NCBI RefSeq assembly: GCF_009914755.1
Contig: NC_060925.1
DNA length: 64,000 nucleotides
Source of the DNA: the human T2T-CHM13v2.0 reference genome, Homo sapiens
Strand: one strand, 5' to 3'
Part shown: positions 45,101 to 60,056 of the stretch, one piece after another
Layout: each line of letters starts with the position of its first letter
Numbering within the stretch: position 1 is the stretch's first letter
The notes under the pieces: generated by a model
Databases searched by the model: none
Told to the model about the DNA's origin: nothing
What the model saw: the letters and a program-made list of their open reading frames with translations, nothing else
Position numbers and translations under genes: made by a program

Positions 45101-48100
45101 TCCATTTTGTCAGGAAGGAACATGGATGTGGTGGGGGTGAGCCAACTGTGACCACATGGACAGGAACATCACCCCAAGGAACAGTGGGACAAGAAGACAA
45201 GAAGACAGTGTGAAGCAAAGCCACCTGCCCCTGAGAGAGACATACATCTTTGAGCTTGTTACTTGGTCCCTTTTGGAGCAGTTGAACAAATACACTAACT
45301 CATCCAGGGGATTGGAGTGTGATGTTGGTGTCTGGGAGGCTGAAAAGGGTTTGCCAGAACCCAGGTCTAGGTAAGTGGGGACACAGGGAGAGGTAGCAAC
45401 ACAGATCAGGGTTTAGTTCTAAAGCACAAGACAGGCACCTGTAGCAAGGTAAGCATCCAGCCACTAAACCCATGCATGCGGCAACACAGCACAGCGACTC
45501 CCAAGGTAGCTTTGAGACTCAGGCAGCCTGCAGCTGAACCCTGGCTCCTCCACCTCCTAACTGATGGTCCCCTAATCTGGACACCCCTCTAAGCCTTAGT
45601 CTCCCCATCTGTAAAAAGGGACAGTAAAACTGTCATGTGTGGTTTAAATTGAGTTGACTCATATAAATCTCTTGGCATGGCACCTGACATATAGTAAGCA
45701 TTCAATAAATAATAATCATCATTGCTATTGGAGAAAGCATTTCTGTGGAGGGGCTGTCATGGCTGTGTGGAAAGATCTCTAGACTAGATTCCAGTCCTGG
45801 CTCTGCTGCTTTTAGGCTGACAGGCTGTCATAAGACTGACTGGGGTTACCATGTATGTAAAGTCCCGGGCACACAGCTGGTGCTCAAGAAATGAGAACCA
45901 AGGTTGAATTCGGAGGTCAAAGCAGGGCCCCCACAGAAACCAGTGTCACACTGACCCACCAGGATATTGGGAGAGACCTGAGTTCCCCTAAACAGGGGAA
46001 GCATTGGTTCTTGAGTTGGGCAGAGCCTTGGCCTGCATGCTGGAGCCAAGTGGTCCTAGCAGTGGGGATAAGAACACAGGCAGGCGATCAGGTGGTGAAA
46101 GGTCTGATGGATCTGACTTTATGGGATACTTTTCAGATTGAAGGCTTCATACCAACCCAGGGCACAAGCTAGAACTGATAATCATGGATGAAAATCATCA
46201 CGATCCTGGCACACAGCTTTCCAGGCCACCAGATCCATCTTCCTGACTCCATGGAAGCCACACTAGATGGTTCTCCTACTGAGATTGAGACTTTGCAGCC
46301 TCCAATGTACTTCTTGGTCACTGGATTTTCATGAGATAATGACCATTCAGTGAGGACCATGGCAGAGCGGCTCTGTCTTGTCAGTGTCCTGAATTCTAGC
46401 CTCGATTACTGCCAAATAGAAGAGTCACATGAGCACATTCCTGTCCTCAAACTCACAACACTTGCATCCCTCTTATTGCCATTTGATTCTGGGAGACACT
46501 GACTCCCAGAGAAGAGGCATGACCGACCCAACGAGAGCGGGCTGGGAAGTCTTCAAGCCAAACTAAAGACATTTCTGAGTCCTCCGATCTGCTGTTTGAG
46601 GTCAATTCCTCCTGAAGAGCAGGTGCTGCCTGACGCTGACTTGACCTGCTTGGGAGCTCTACAGGGGCAGAGAGGTCTGGGCTGCAGGTGGGACAGTGAG
46701 TAGCACACCTGGTGAGAGCCAGGGGGCTGAGCACCTGGGTCTCCTCACCACAGGCAGCCGGCTGCCTCCCTGGCTTGCTTTCTTCAACTTTCTCTGGGGG
46801 TTGGTCTGTGGGTTTCTTCCAGCAAGGGCAGATCAGGAGGCCTGGAGTCACCTTGGCTGCCATGGGTCCGGTAACCTGTGGCAGGAAGCCCTGGAACACA
46901 CAGGTCTACTGTGTGACCCTAGGTAAGGCACTTTCCTCTCTGGGCCTCAGTTTTCCCTTCTGCAACATGAAATTGGGCTGAATGATCTCAAGATCACTTC
47001 CTTTCTGACAATTTTGGATTTTGAAATCTAAGACCAGGTGACAGTGTGGCCAACTGAAAAATACTGGCCACATTTCCTAGTTTGCTCAGGCTGGCTGCAA
47101 TATTGACCTTAAGCTGAGGAGAATTCCACATGGTAACTTATGCCTCAAATTCCTGTTAGACCTTGGTCAAAGTGAGCATCCATCTAGTGATACCTGCTAA
47201 TCTTTGTAAAAGGCAACCCTCCCCGTGGCACTGACTGAGAGGTGGACTGGCAAGGTCAGGCCCACCTACTGGCCCACCATCCTCTTGGCTTCTCTGGGGG
47301 AAGGGCTGGGGAAGGATCCTGTGCTGGCCTGAGCTATAGTTGCTGACACCAGGCAACCTGCAATTGTTGGTGGAAGCCCTGCCTTTTCTGCAGATGCTTG
47401 GCTCACCTATAACATTCTAACCTCACTCAGGTCAGGGTATCCCACAGCATTGACCTACCAGCAATCAGGGGGTTCTGTGCAGAGAAAACTACCCCTGCCC
47501 AGGGATCCGCATGTATCCCAGCAAGCAGCCCAGGCCTCCTGGACACCGGCTTCTGCCAGTCTAGGCCCTGGCCAGGTCCTGACCTGCTGACCCTCTCTTG
47601 GGCTGTCACCACCTCCACCCCTGTCCCCAGCCATGTCATCAATCCCCAAATCTGGTTGTTTCTGTCCCCTGCCTCTCCTTTGGGCTTGGGTTCCTACCCC
47701 TAGTTTTGTCGAGACCAGAAGTTCCAAAGACCAACGACAGAACAGAAATGCTGGGGAACTTTCTCCTTCTTTTAAACGAAAATTCTTAAATGAAAAATTA
47801 CTTGAAAAATTTTAAACCACTGCAGAATTGTACCATCCTTGGCTCTTTCCCCTGAATCTCCCTGTCCCCACATGCCCCTCCCCAGAGAAGCTACAGTTAA
47901 TTTAATATATGTTCTTCCCGACGTCCTAATGTATTTATATTGATCTGCGACTTGTTTTTTTTCTTTTTTTAAATCTATGTATGGATATCTAGGTTTACCT
48001 CTTTCTTTTTGCGGGCAGCAGCACTGTATTCCATTTTTGGCTGTACTCAAACTCAGCCAGTCCCTTACTGATAGATATGAAGGTTGTTTCCAGCTGTTTC

Positions 48101-48355
48101 TATTCCAAGAAATGCTACATAGAATATCTTCTGCATACTTGTATGAGTATATCACAGGCTAACCTCCTAGAAGGGAGAATACTTGATTAAAGGGGATACA
48201 CCTTGAAGCTTTTCATGGGGACTGGCAAATAGCTCTTCAAAAAGCAGAAATTTACACTTCCGCCAATGGCGGGTGAGCACTATTTCCCTAACCTCCTGCC
48301 TATCTGGAATATAAACTGTCTCTTTAACATTAGCTAATAAGAAAGGCAAAATGGT

Positions 48356-48835
48356 TGTATTTGGTTCCCATTGCTGCTGTAAGAAATTACCACAAATTTA
48401 GTGGCTTAATGCAAAATTTACTATCTTATAGTTCGAGTGGTCAGACGTCTGAAATAGGTCTCACTCGGCTAAAAGCAAGGTGTCAGCAGGGCCACTTTTC
48501 TTTCTGGGGGCCCTAGAGGAGAATCCCTTTCCTTGCCTTTCCCAACTTCTAGAGGGTACCTGAATTCCTTGGCTCATGGAAGGCTCCCCTTCCACCTGCA
48601 AAGCTGGTAACAGCCAGCCGCATCTTTCTCATAACAAATCATTCTAATATTGACTCCTCTCTCCCTCTCCTAAGGACTCTTGTGATTACATTGAGTCCAC
48701 CTGGATAATCTCTCCACCTCAAGATCCTTAATTAAATCACATCTACAAATTATCTTTTGCCATAATGGGCAACATATTCAGTTTCCAGGGCTTAGAATGT
48801 GGATAGTTTGGGGGTCCATTATTTTGCCTACCACA
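48356..48835 (-). mobile_element. MLT1 solo LTR
   Basis: tgtatttggttcccattgctgctgtaagaaattaccacaaatttagtggcttaa...ttttgcctaccaca. Confidence 0.8.
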
Positions 48836-48859
48836 AAGATATCTTACGTTTCAGTTATA

Positions 48860-49161
48860 ATTATTTTATTATTATTTTTTGAAATGGAGTCTCGCTCTGT
48901 TGCCCAGGATGGAGTGCAGTGACTTGATCTCAGCTCATTCCAACCTCTGCCTCCTGGGTTCATGCAATTCTCCTGCCTCAGCCTCCTGAGTAGCTGGGAT
49001 TACAGGCGTGCACCACCACACCCAGATAATTTTCGTATTTTTAGTAGAGATGGGGTTTCACCATGGCGGCCAGACTGGTCTTGAACTCCTGACCTCAAGT
49101 GATCCCCTGCCTCAGCCTCCCGAAGTGCTGGGATTACAGGTGTGAGCCACCCCGCCTGGCC
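48860..49161 (-). mobile_element. AluS
   Basis: TSD gatatcttacgttt / gatatcttatgttt. Confidence 0.93.
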
Positions 49162-50228
49162 GATATCTTATGTTTTAAAACCTGTTTCTTGATCTCTAGA
49201 GAGGCTTAGCATTTTTGCATAAACATATTCAGTTATTTCATTTGGGAGACTATTTTTCTGGTTTACATAAACTCTTTTGATATTGAAGCTATTGATCCTT
49301 TACATATAGGTTGCAGATATCTTCTCTTTATCATTAGTCTTAGCTGTACAGAATTTTTTTTTGTTTCCATGTGGTTAAATGTACCATTAATTTTTCCCTT
49401 TATGACTTTTAGGTTTCACATCCAATATTACTTTTTAGAATGTCACCCAAATTTTCTTCTAGTTCCATTATGATTTATTTTTTCCCTCCTTTCCTCTCTT
49501 CTTTCCTTTCCATTGTCACCTTGGCTCCATCTGGCACTTATTTGTGTGTAAGGAGTGAGGTAAAGATAAAGCTTAAGTTTTTTTACTCCCTAGCTAGCCA
49601 GTTGTCCCAACAGCATTATTGAATAGTCCACCTCCCCACCTCTGAAATGTCTGTGGTGTCTGATAAAAGCACAGGTTCTAGCCCTATTCCAAATCCACTG
49701 AAATAGAATTTGTGGGAAAGGGACCCAGAATCTATATTTTTGCTAATTCCCCATGTGAATATTGTAAATCTGGCATATACTTTTCTACTGGCATTTGGGG
49801 AAGCTGATGAAATTCCTCCAACTGCCTCCTAATCACCTTGCTTCCAGGTTTCTAGCCTTCTCCCAGTCCACCCCACTCCACTATTCATTGTGGAAAGAGA
49901 AATCTCTTCAGTTGCCAAGCTCACCAGACCTCTCCCCTTGTCAGTAATTCTCAGTAGCTCCCCAATGCAGAGAGATTCAGCCATTGGCGTTTCAGTCCTG
50001 TCAAAATAGGGCCCACCCAGTCTTCCTGGCCTCCTCTCTCTCCATCCTGCTCTTACACTTTGAACTCTCTGCCTTTACACATTGTTGTTCCTGGTGGGAC
50101 ATGCCGAGAAAGGAGTCTGGAGACTAATTCCACAGAGGAGTCAGCATACCCTTGTTTGAGCTGGGTTTTGAACTATGGGAAGATGTTGATGGTGAGATTT
50201 GCAAGAAAGAGACTCTAGGTGGGAGGCT

Positions 50229-50647
50229 TGTGATGATTAATATCGAATGTCAACTTGATTGGATTGAAGGATGAAGAGGGTGTTGCCAAAGGAGATTAAC
50301 ATTTGAGTCAGTGGACTGGGAAAGGCAGACCCACCCTCAATCTGGGTGGGCACCATCTAATCAGCTGCCAGTGTGTCCAGGATAAAAGCAGGTAGAAGAA
50401 CATGAAAAGACTAGACTGGCTTAGCCTCCTGGCCTACATCTTTCTCCTGCACTGGATGCTTCCTGCCCTCAAACATTGGACGCCAAGTTCTTCAGCTTTG
50501 GGACTCAGACTGGCTTCCTTGCTTGCAGACGGCCTATTGTGGGACCTCACCTTGTGATTGTGTGAGTCAATACTCCTCAATAAACTCCCCTTTATGTATA
50601 CATCTATCCTAGTAGTTCTGTCCCTCTAGAGAACCCTGACTAATACA
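50229..50647 (+). mobile_element. MLT2A-like (HERV-L) solo LTR
   Basis: tgtgatgattaatatcgaatgtcaacttgattggattgaagg...gaaccctgactaataca; TSD aggct/aggtt; AATAAA at ~50579. Confidence 0.88.
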
Positions 50648-52094
50648 AGGTTCAATGTACGCAAAGCACAGGGGGCTGGAATGTGGCCACAGGAAATGTT
50701 TCAGGGCTCCAGGCAGGAGCCCCACGATGTGCTGGGATGGCTTCTGGACACTGGGAGGTGTTTCCACACGTCCCCTCCTAGGCCCCAGAATGACGAGATA
50801 AAGTCCCAAACTGTGAAGCCTCATTATGTCAAGCAGATCTTCTAACAGAGCTGTGGTCAGTGACTGCCCTCTGAAAGCAGGTGGAAGGCACAACTGGGTC
50901 CCCATGGGGTGGGCAAGGGCGCACTGCTGCTGCTGGGCTGGGCCATGCTTCCAGGGTGACCAGCCCCTCATACCCTCTGACCTGGATTCATTCATGGAAA
51001 ACAGGCACAACCTAGAGTCCATAGATAGCCTGTGTTGGAAGGAAGAGGTTTTTTGCTAATCCAATGGGTCAAACAGTGCTGTTCCCCCAAGAAGCCTGGG
51101 ATGTCTGCCTTGAGCCAGGCCTGTGGCTTAACCAGTTCATCAGTGTCTTCCAGGTGAACCTGCCTCCCCCTGGCCTGGGCAGGAACTAGGCTCCATTCAG
51201 ATTTGCATTTCCAGTGCCTGATACAGAACTCCACACTCAGTAAAATATTAAAAATATTTAAAAACACTTAACTGACCACCTACCATGCCCAAACAAAACA
51301 AACATATTGATTCTTACACATCCCCTTTTTATAGATGGGGGCAGGGCTGAGGCTAATTGCTTCAGATCAGACACAAAAAGGCAAAGGCAGGATTTGAACC
51401 CTGAGTGCTGGCCAACATCCAGGAAACCCCCAAGGGCCCTGATCTTGGTCAGAATGACCGAGTGGATCCTACCTTCCTTCCCTGTATCTGAGATCCTCCA
51501 GGAAGTCTTCCCTGGTTAACTGCAGCCACCTACATACACTTGCATCAAAGTCCTCCCTGCATGCAAGTCACTCTGCATGACCATGTTAACCTTAGGGCTG
51601 AGTTTCTTGTTAACTGCTTTTTCCCTCAATAATGAATGGTGGATTTTTCACTGTCTGGGAGGCTCTTAAATCATTTCCCTTGGATGACTGGTCTCTGTGT
51701 TCCTACTTTTCCTTCTCCTCCTCCCTCCCAACTCCAAGACCTAAACAGGGCTTGGAATTTCTGCACACTGGTCAAAAAGCAAATTCTATCGAAAGCAAAC
51801 AGAAGCCTAGGCAATCCTAGACGAGTTAGACCCGGCTGGTATTTGTCTTCCTGTTAGAGAGCTCAGGGATCCAGGTGAAACTGATATCACCAAGGAGAAT
51901 GAAGTCTCCTGTGACATCCCCATAGAAAGCAAAAACACATTTCACAGTCAAGATCAAGCAATGATGTAGCAAAAACTCTACTCTGCCAGACTTGCAGAGG
52001 CCCAGATTTCCCCTGATTGTCTGTGGGCATAATAATTCAGAGGAAGATCATCTAAACCAATGTCCTGTGCCTAGACGGAGCAAATGAACTCTGA

Positions 52095-52270
52095 CTATGT
52101 GCCAGGGCTGTTCTTAGTATGTTACGCAAATTCACTCATTTATTCCTCACAATGACCCTTCAGGCGGGTACTATTATCATTCCCATTTTACAGGTGAGGA
52201 AACTGAGGCCCAAAATCACAAAACTGATAAGTAGCAGAGACAGAACCTGAACTTGGACCATCAGGTGACT
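52095..52270 (-). mobile_element. MIR
   Basis: cccattttacaggtgaggaaactgaggccca core. Confidence 0.8.
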
Positions 52271-53445
52271 CCTGCAGTGGTGACCCTCAAGGCAGCCAGG
52301 CCACACCAGCCTCACAGAGAGGACACAGATTTGAATCACAGTCCTGACACTGCAGGTAACCAAACACTGTTTTTAGCAGCCTTCCTTTCCTTCATAAGGG
52401 CTAAGCTTGTTAACCTTTTTTTACCTTTCTCCTGGAAAAGTATCGACAGTGTTTAAGCCTTGCTTCCATTGAGACCAAAAATGAACTGACATTAGCTGCT
52501 ACAGCCTTACCTCACCTACACACATCTACAAACAAGGCCCAGATGCTTGTAGCTAATTCATCTACTAAGTTATCTAATGTAATGTACATAGCTAGCTATC
52601 CACCTACCTATCTCATTGTTTATTTATATCCGATTTTTCCCATGAGGATTAAAAGAGGCATCTGGACACCCATGAGAACTCAGTGGGCATCTATGAACTT
52701 AACTCAACCTGTTTATCTTAAATGGTCCAGGAAGTGCTTGTGGGTGAAAGAGCTTAGGGAAGAACAAAGCCTGAAATGAGAGTTGCGCAGGCCCAGCAGG
52801 CTTGTCTTCTGGCCATTTGTGTCCAGCCAGTCTCTCATCAACACCGCCTAAGAGAGACCCAAATTCCACATTTGCTGCAGTGGCCTGATCTCTTGTCAGT
52901 TTCTGGCAGGTCTCTAGTGGTTCCTTTGATGGCATTTTGTTTCTATACACGTGACTGTGGCACAAAAGGCACACCTACCTACAAGCTTCCTAGGTAGTTA
53001 AGGTTCTTGTGTCTACTATGGAGAGCAATACATAGAATACACAATAATATATACACACACACACTATAAGATGAACCACAGAAGAAAAAATGACTGGGAG
53101 ACTGGGTGACATACAGAGTGTAGTCCAACAGAAGAGGTGGCGACTGCCTGTGGCTTCTGTCATTCTTGCCCACATGGCAGGATAGATATAACTGTATAGT
53201 AATGATAAAGCAGTTATAACGATCACTCTACTGCAACTCATTTCTTCATTTCTCCACTCAGTCTGCAAGTACTACGTGGGCCTTCTCAATGCCAGGCCAG
53301 TAAGATGAAAACAGACATAAATCATAGGCCTTACTATAAGCTACAGTAATCAAGACAGTATAGTATCGATACAAAGAGACACAAGAAGATCAATGGAAAC
53401 AGAGTAGGGTAAGGAAACATACTCCCACACATACAGTCACATGAT

Positions 53446-53791
<346 letters not shown>

Positions 53792-54221
53792 TGATAGAGA
53801 AAGTAATGGTCTTTTCAATAAATGGCGCTAAAGCTATTGGATATCCATATTAAAAAATGAACCTTGACCCCCGATATCATACCATACACAGAAAACGAAT
53901 GTGAAATGAATAAATGATAGGCCTGAATACAAAAGATTAAACAATAAAGCTTGTAGAAGAAAACAAGAAAATATCTTCACGGAACTTGGGGTAGGCAAAG
54001 ATTTCTTACTCGATTGACAAACGCGTAATCACATAATCATAAAGGAGAGAAGCTAAATTGTGCTTCATTAAAATTTAAAACTTCTGTTCAACAAAGACTC
54101 TAATAATAGAGTAGAAAGACAAACCATGGGTTGGGAGAGGATATTTGCAACACATGTTTGAAAACAAATTCCTAAAAATGAGTAAGAAAAAGGCAGTCAA
54201 CGCACCTGAAAATGGCAAAAG

Positions 54222-55352
54222 TTAACTCAAAATGAATCAAAGACCTAAACTCAGAGATAAAACTATAGAACTCTTAGAAAACATAAGGAAGAAGCTTCAT
54301 CACATTGGATTTGGCAGTAACTTCTTAGATGTGGCACCAAAAGCATACACAACAAAAGTACAAATAGATAAATTGCCTACATCAAAATTTAAAATCTTCT
54401 ATGCGTGAAAGGACAACATCAACAGAGTAAAAAGACAAGAATGAGAGAAAACGCTTGCAAATCATATATCTGATAAGGGATTAACATGCAGAACTCCAAA
54501 ACTCAACAACAAAAAGCCAAGCAAAACGATTTTTAAAAAAATGAGCAAAGGACTTGAAGAGACGTTTCTCCAAAGAAGATCTACAAATGGCCAAGAAGCA
54601 CGTGAAAAGATGCTCACCATTACCAATTACTAGGGAAATGAAAAATCAAAACCACGAAGATACCACCTCACACACATTAAAATGGCTACAACAAAAAAAA
54701 GAAAAAGAAGTATTTGCAAGGATGTAGAGAAAGTGAGTGGAACTGTTGCACTCTGCTGGTAGGAATGTAAAACGGTGCAGCCTCTATGGAAAACACTGTG
54801 GTAGTTCCTCAAAAAATAAAAAATAGAATTACCATCTAATCCAGCAATTCCCCTTCTGGGTATATACTCAAAAGAATTGAAATCAGAGTCTCAAAGAGAT
54901 ATGTGTACATCTATGTTCATAGCGGCATGATTTACAACAGCCAAAGGTGGAAGCAATCCAAATGTCCATTGATGAATGAATGGATAAAAAATTCATTCAT
55001 GTTGTAGCATGTGTCAGAATTTCCTTCTTTAAGACGGAATAATATTCCATTGTGTGTATGAAACTTGATGACATTATGCTAAGTAAGATAAGCCAGCCAC
55101 AAATGAACAAATACTGCATAATTTCACTTATATGAAGTACTTAGAGTAATCAAATTCATAGAGACAGAAAGTCAACTGGTGGTTGCCAGAGGCTGTGGGA
55201 ATGGGGGGCTGTTGTTTTATGGGTATACAGTTTCAGCTTTTCAGAATGAAAAGTAATCTAGAGATTGGTTGCGCAGCAATGTGACTGCTTAACACTACTG
55301 AATTTAAAATAGTAAAGTTGGTCAATGTTATGTCTATTTTACCACAATTTTT
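54222..55352 (+). mobile_element. L1MB-like 3' fragment nested in the older L1
   Basis: Ends ttttaccacaattttt; TSD aaaatggcaaaag (54209-54221) / aaaatagcaaaag (55353-55365). Confidence 0.82.
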
Positions 55353-57660
55353 AAAATAGCAAAAGATTTTAACAGGCACTACAAGCAAGAGGTTATCTAA
55401 ATGGTCAATAAGAATATGTCATGAAGTTTTCCCCTATGTTTTCTTCTAGAAGTTTTATGTCATAAAGTTTTCTCCTATGTTTTCTTCTAGGAGTTTTACA
55501 GTCTTAGGTTTTACATCCAAGTCTTTAATCCATTTTGAGTTGATCTTTATGTACGGTGATTTTTATGTATGGTTAATTTTTATGTAAGATAAGAATCCAA
55601 TTTCATTCTTTTGCATATGAATATCCAGTTTTCCCAGCACCATTTATTGAAGAGACTACCCTTCCTCCATTGTGTTTTCTTGGCACCCGTGTTGAAGATC
55701 AGTCAGCATATATACTGGATTTATTTCGGGTTCTCTGTTCTGTTTCATTGGTCTACATGTCTGTCTTTATGTCAGTACCATACTGTTTTGATTAGTGTAA
55801 TTTTTTATGCTTTGAAATTAGGAAATGTGAGGCTTCCAGCTTTGTTCTTGTGTCAGAGGATTGATTTGGCTATTTGTGTTTTTTGTGGTTCCATATAAAT
55901 CACAGAATTGTTTTTTCTATTTAGGCAAAGTAATGTAATTGAGATTTTTATGGGGGTTTCATTGACTCTGTAGATTGTTTTGGGTAGTATGGACATGTTA
56001 ACAATATTAATTCTTCCAATCCATGAACACAGGATGTCTTTCTCTTTGTTTGTGTCTTCTTTAATTTCTTTATTAAATGTTTTGTAGTTTCCAGTACACA
56101 AGTCTTTCATTTCCTTAGCTAAGTTCATTCCTAAGTATTGTTTTAGGTGTTATTATAAGTGACATTATTTTTCTAATTTTCTTTTCAGCTAGTTTGTTGT
56201 TAGTGTATAGAAATGCCACTGATTTTTGTAAATGATTTTGTATCCTGCAACTTTACTAAATTTGTTAATTAGTTCTAATACTTTTTAATGGCATCTTTAG
56301 GATTTTATATTATTTTGTCTGCAAACAGGAACAATTTTACTTCTTCCTTTCTGATTTAAATGTCTTTAATTTTTTTTCTTGCCTAATTGCTCTGGCTAGG
56401 ACTTCCAGTACTGTCTTGAATAGAAATGGCAAGCAAGGGCATTCTTGCCCTTAGCTTCTTCCTGATTTTAGAGAAAAAACTTTTCCGTTTTTCACCACTG
56501 AGTATAGTATTAGCTGTAAGCTTGTTATATATGGCTTTTATTATGTTGAAGTACTTTCCCTCTAGTCTTAGTTTTTTGAGAACTTTGATCAAAAAGGGTG
56601 TGTTGAATTTTGTCAAATGCCTTTTCTGCATCTGTTGAGATGCTCATGTGATTTTAAGTCTTTATTCTGATAATGTGATGTATAACATTAATTAACTTTT
56701 GTATATTGAACCATCTTTGTATCCCAGGGATAAATCCCACTTGGTCATGGTGTATGATCCCTTTAATGCACTATTTGGTTTGATGTGCTAGTATTTTGTT
56801 GAGGATTTTTGCATCTATATTCATTAAGAATATTAGCCTGTAGTTTTCTTTTCTTGTGGTGTCTTTGTTTAGCTTTTGTATCAGAGTAATGCTAGCCTCA
56901 TAAAATGAGTTTGGAGGTGTTCCCTCCTCTTCAATTTTTTTTGGAAGATTTTCAGAAGGATCAATGTTAAATCTTTAAAAAATATTTTGGTAGAATTCAC
57001 CAGTGAAGCTATCTGGTCCTGGGCTTTTCCTTGTTGGGAGTTTTTTGATTACTGACTCAATCTTCATATTAGTTATAGGTCTGTTTAGACTTTATATTTC
57101 TTCATAATTTAGTCTTGTATTTTTCTGGGAACATATCCATTTCTTTTAAGTTATCCAGCTTGTTGGCATAGAATTGTTCATAGTAGTCTCTTATCCTTTT
57201 TATTTCTGTGGCATCAGTTGTGATGTCTCTTCTTTAATTTATAATTTTATTTATTTGAGTCTCCTCTCTTTTTTTCTAGCATAGCTAATGATTTGTCAAT
57301 TTAAAAAATCTTTTCAAAAAACCAACTCTTAGTTTCATTGATTTTTTTCCTATTGTTTTTGTATTGTTTATTTCTTCTGTAATCCTTATATCTTTCCTTC
57401 TGTTAACCTTGGCCTTAATTTCTTTTTCTAGGTCTTTGAGGTATAAAGTTAGGTTGCTTATTTGAGATCCTTCTTCTATTTTAATGTAGGCATTTATCAC
57501 AACGAACTCTCTGAGTACAGGTTTTGCTGAATCCTATAAGTTTTGGTATGTTGTGTTTTTGTTTTCATTTCTCTTGAGGTATTTTCTAATTTCTTTTTTG
57601 ATTTCTTCTTTGACCCAATGGTTGTTTACAGTGTGTCATTTAATTTCCACATATTTTTGA

Positions 57661-58316
<656 letters not shown>

Positions 58317-59084
58317 TAGTTTCATCCCATTGTGATCAGAATATATATTTGGTATGCTTTCAATCTTAAATTTGTTAAGACTTGTGTTGTAACTTAACAT
58401 GGAGAAAAATCCATGTGTGCTTGAAAAGAATGTGTATTCTGCTGCTATTTGGTGGAATTTTTTGGCATTTATTTGTTAGGTCCATTTGGTCTATAGTGTT
58501 GTTCGAGTCATTTGCTTCTCTGTTGATCTTCTGTGTTGATATTCTATCCGTTATTAAAAGTGAGGTATTGAAGCATATAAAACAATGCTCAATACAATTT
58601 TGTCATTAGGGAAATGTTAATTAAATCTACAACACATTCACCATAACAGCTAACATGAAGCAAACAAAATGACGCCAAGTGTTGGCAAGGATGTGGTACA
58701 ACTGGAACTCTTCTTGTGCATTGTTAGTGGGAAGGTAAATAGACACATTTGGACAATTGATTGGCAAAGACTAATGCCACACACCTACCCTCAGACCCAG
58801 AAATTCCACTCCTAAGACTATATCCTATAGAAATGCCTATGTATGTCCTCCAAAAAACACAAAGAAGAATTTTCATAGCAGATCTATTCATGATAGCCAA
58901 AAAAACTGGAAACAGCTCAAATGCCAGCAACAAATAGAATGGATAAATAAATTGTGGTATATTCATATAACAATTATACATAGTAATAAAAAAGAACAAA
59001 GTACTGCTACAGACAAAAATATATATCTTACAGATATAATAATAAGTAAAGGAATTCAGACACAATAGACTATATGCCGTGTGA

Positions 59085-59395
59085 TGATGTGAATGTGGAA
59101 ACTCCACAATTCAGGTATTGTCAACGTGATAGTATTAAGAGGTGATTAGGCTGTGAAGATTCCTCCCTAGTGAATGGGATTAGGTGTCTCATAAAAGTGC
59201 TTGCTGAGGAGACTTCATCTCACTTGCCCTGGTACCTCTCACCATGTAAGAATGCAGCAAGAAGGCCCTCACCAGACACCATATGTCAGCACCCTGATCT
59301 TAGACTTCCCAGGCTCCAGAACTGTGAGAAATAAATTTCTTTACTTTATAGATTACCCAGCTTTAGTATTCTGTACTAGCAGCCTAAGACATACT
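59085..59395 (+). mobile_element. MaLR LTR fragment (MST/MLT1A-like)
   Basis: gaaggccctcaccagacacc...gacttcccaggctccagaactgtgagaaataaattt. Confidence 0.7.
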
Positions 59396-59465
59396 ATATG
59401 ATTCCACTTAATTAAAGTTAAAGGATAGGCGAAAAACCAATCTTATGGTATTAGAAAATAGGATA

Positions 59466-59766
59466 GCCCAGGCACAGTGGCTCATGCCTATAATCTCAGC
59501 ATTTTGGGAGGCCGAGGTGAGTGAACTGCTTGAGCCCAGGAATTCGAGACCAGCTTGGGCAATGTAGGGAGACCTCATCTCTACAAAAAATAAATAAAAT
59601 TAGCTGAGTGTGGTGGTGCACACCTGTGGTCCTAGCTACTTGGGAGGTGGAGGTGGGAGGATCGCTTGATCCCAGGAGGTAGAGGCTGTAGTGAGCTGAG
59701 ATCACGCCACAGCACTCCAGTCTGGGTGACAGAATGAGACTCTGTCTCCAATAAAAAAAAAAAAAA
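59466..59766 (+). mobile_element. AluJ-like
   Basis: gcttgagcccaggaattcgagacc diagnostic; A tail. Confidence 0.9.
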
Positions 59767-59880
59767 GAGAAAGGGAAGGGAAGGGAAGGGAAGCGGAGGG
59801 GTGGAGAGGGGAGGGGAGGGGAGGGGAGGGAAGGGAAGGGAAGGGAGGAAAGGAAGGAAAGGAAGGAAGAAAGAAAAGAA
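59767..59880 (+). repeat. Purine-rich (GGGAA)/(GGGGA)/(GGAA) repeat
   Basis: Direct reading. Confidence 0.9.
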
Positions 59881-59997
59881 ATCAGGATAGTGGTTTCTGA
59901 TTTCTAATGGGGCAGGTGGGTATTTACTCCGAAGGGGCATGAAGCAGTTTTCTGGGTGTACAATTGTTCCACATCTTGATGTGGTTACATAGATATT

Positions 59998-60014
59998 ACA
60001 TACACACACGCACA

Positions 60015-60054
<40 letters not shown>

Positions 60055-60056
60055 TA
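59998..60056 (+). repeat. (CA)n microsatellite
   Basis: Direct reading. Confidence 0.95.
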
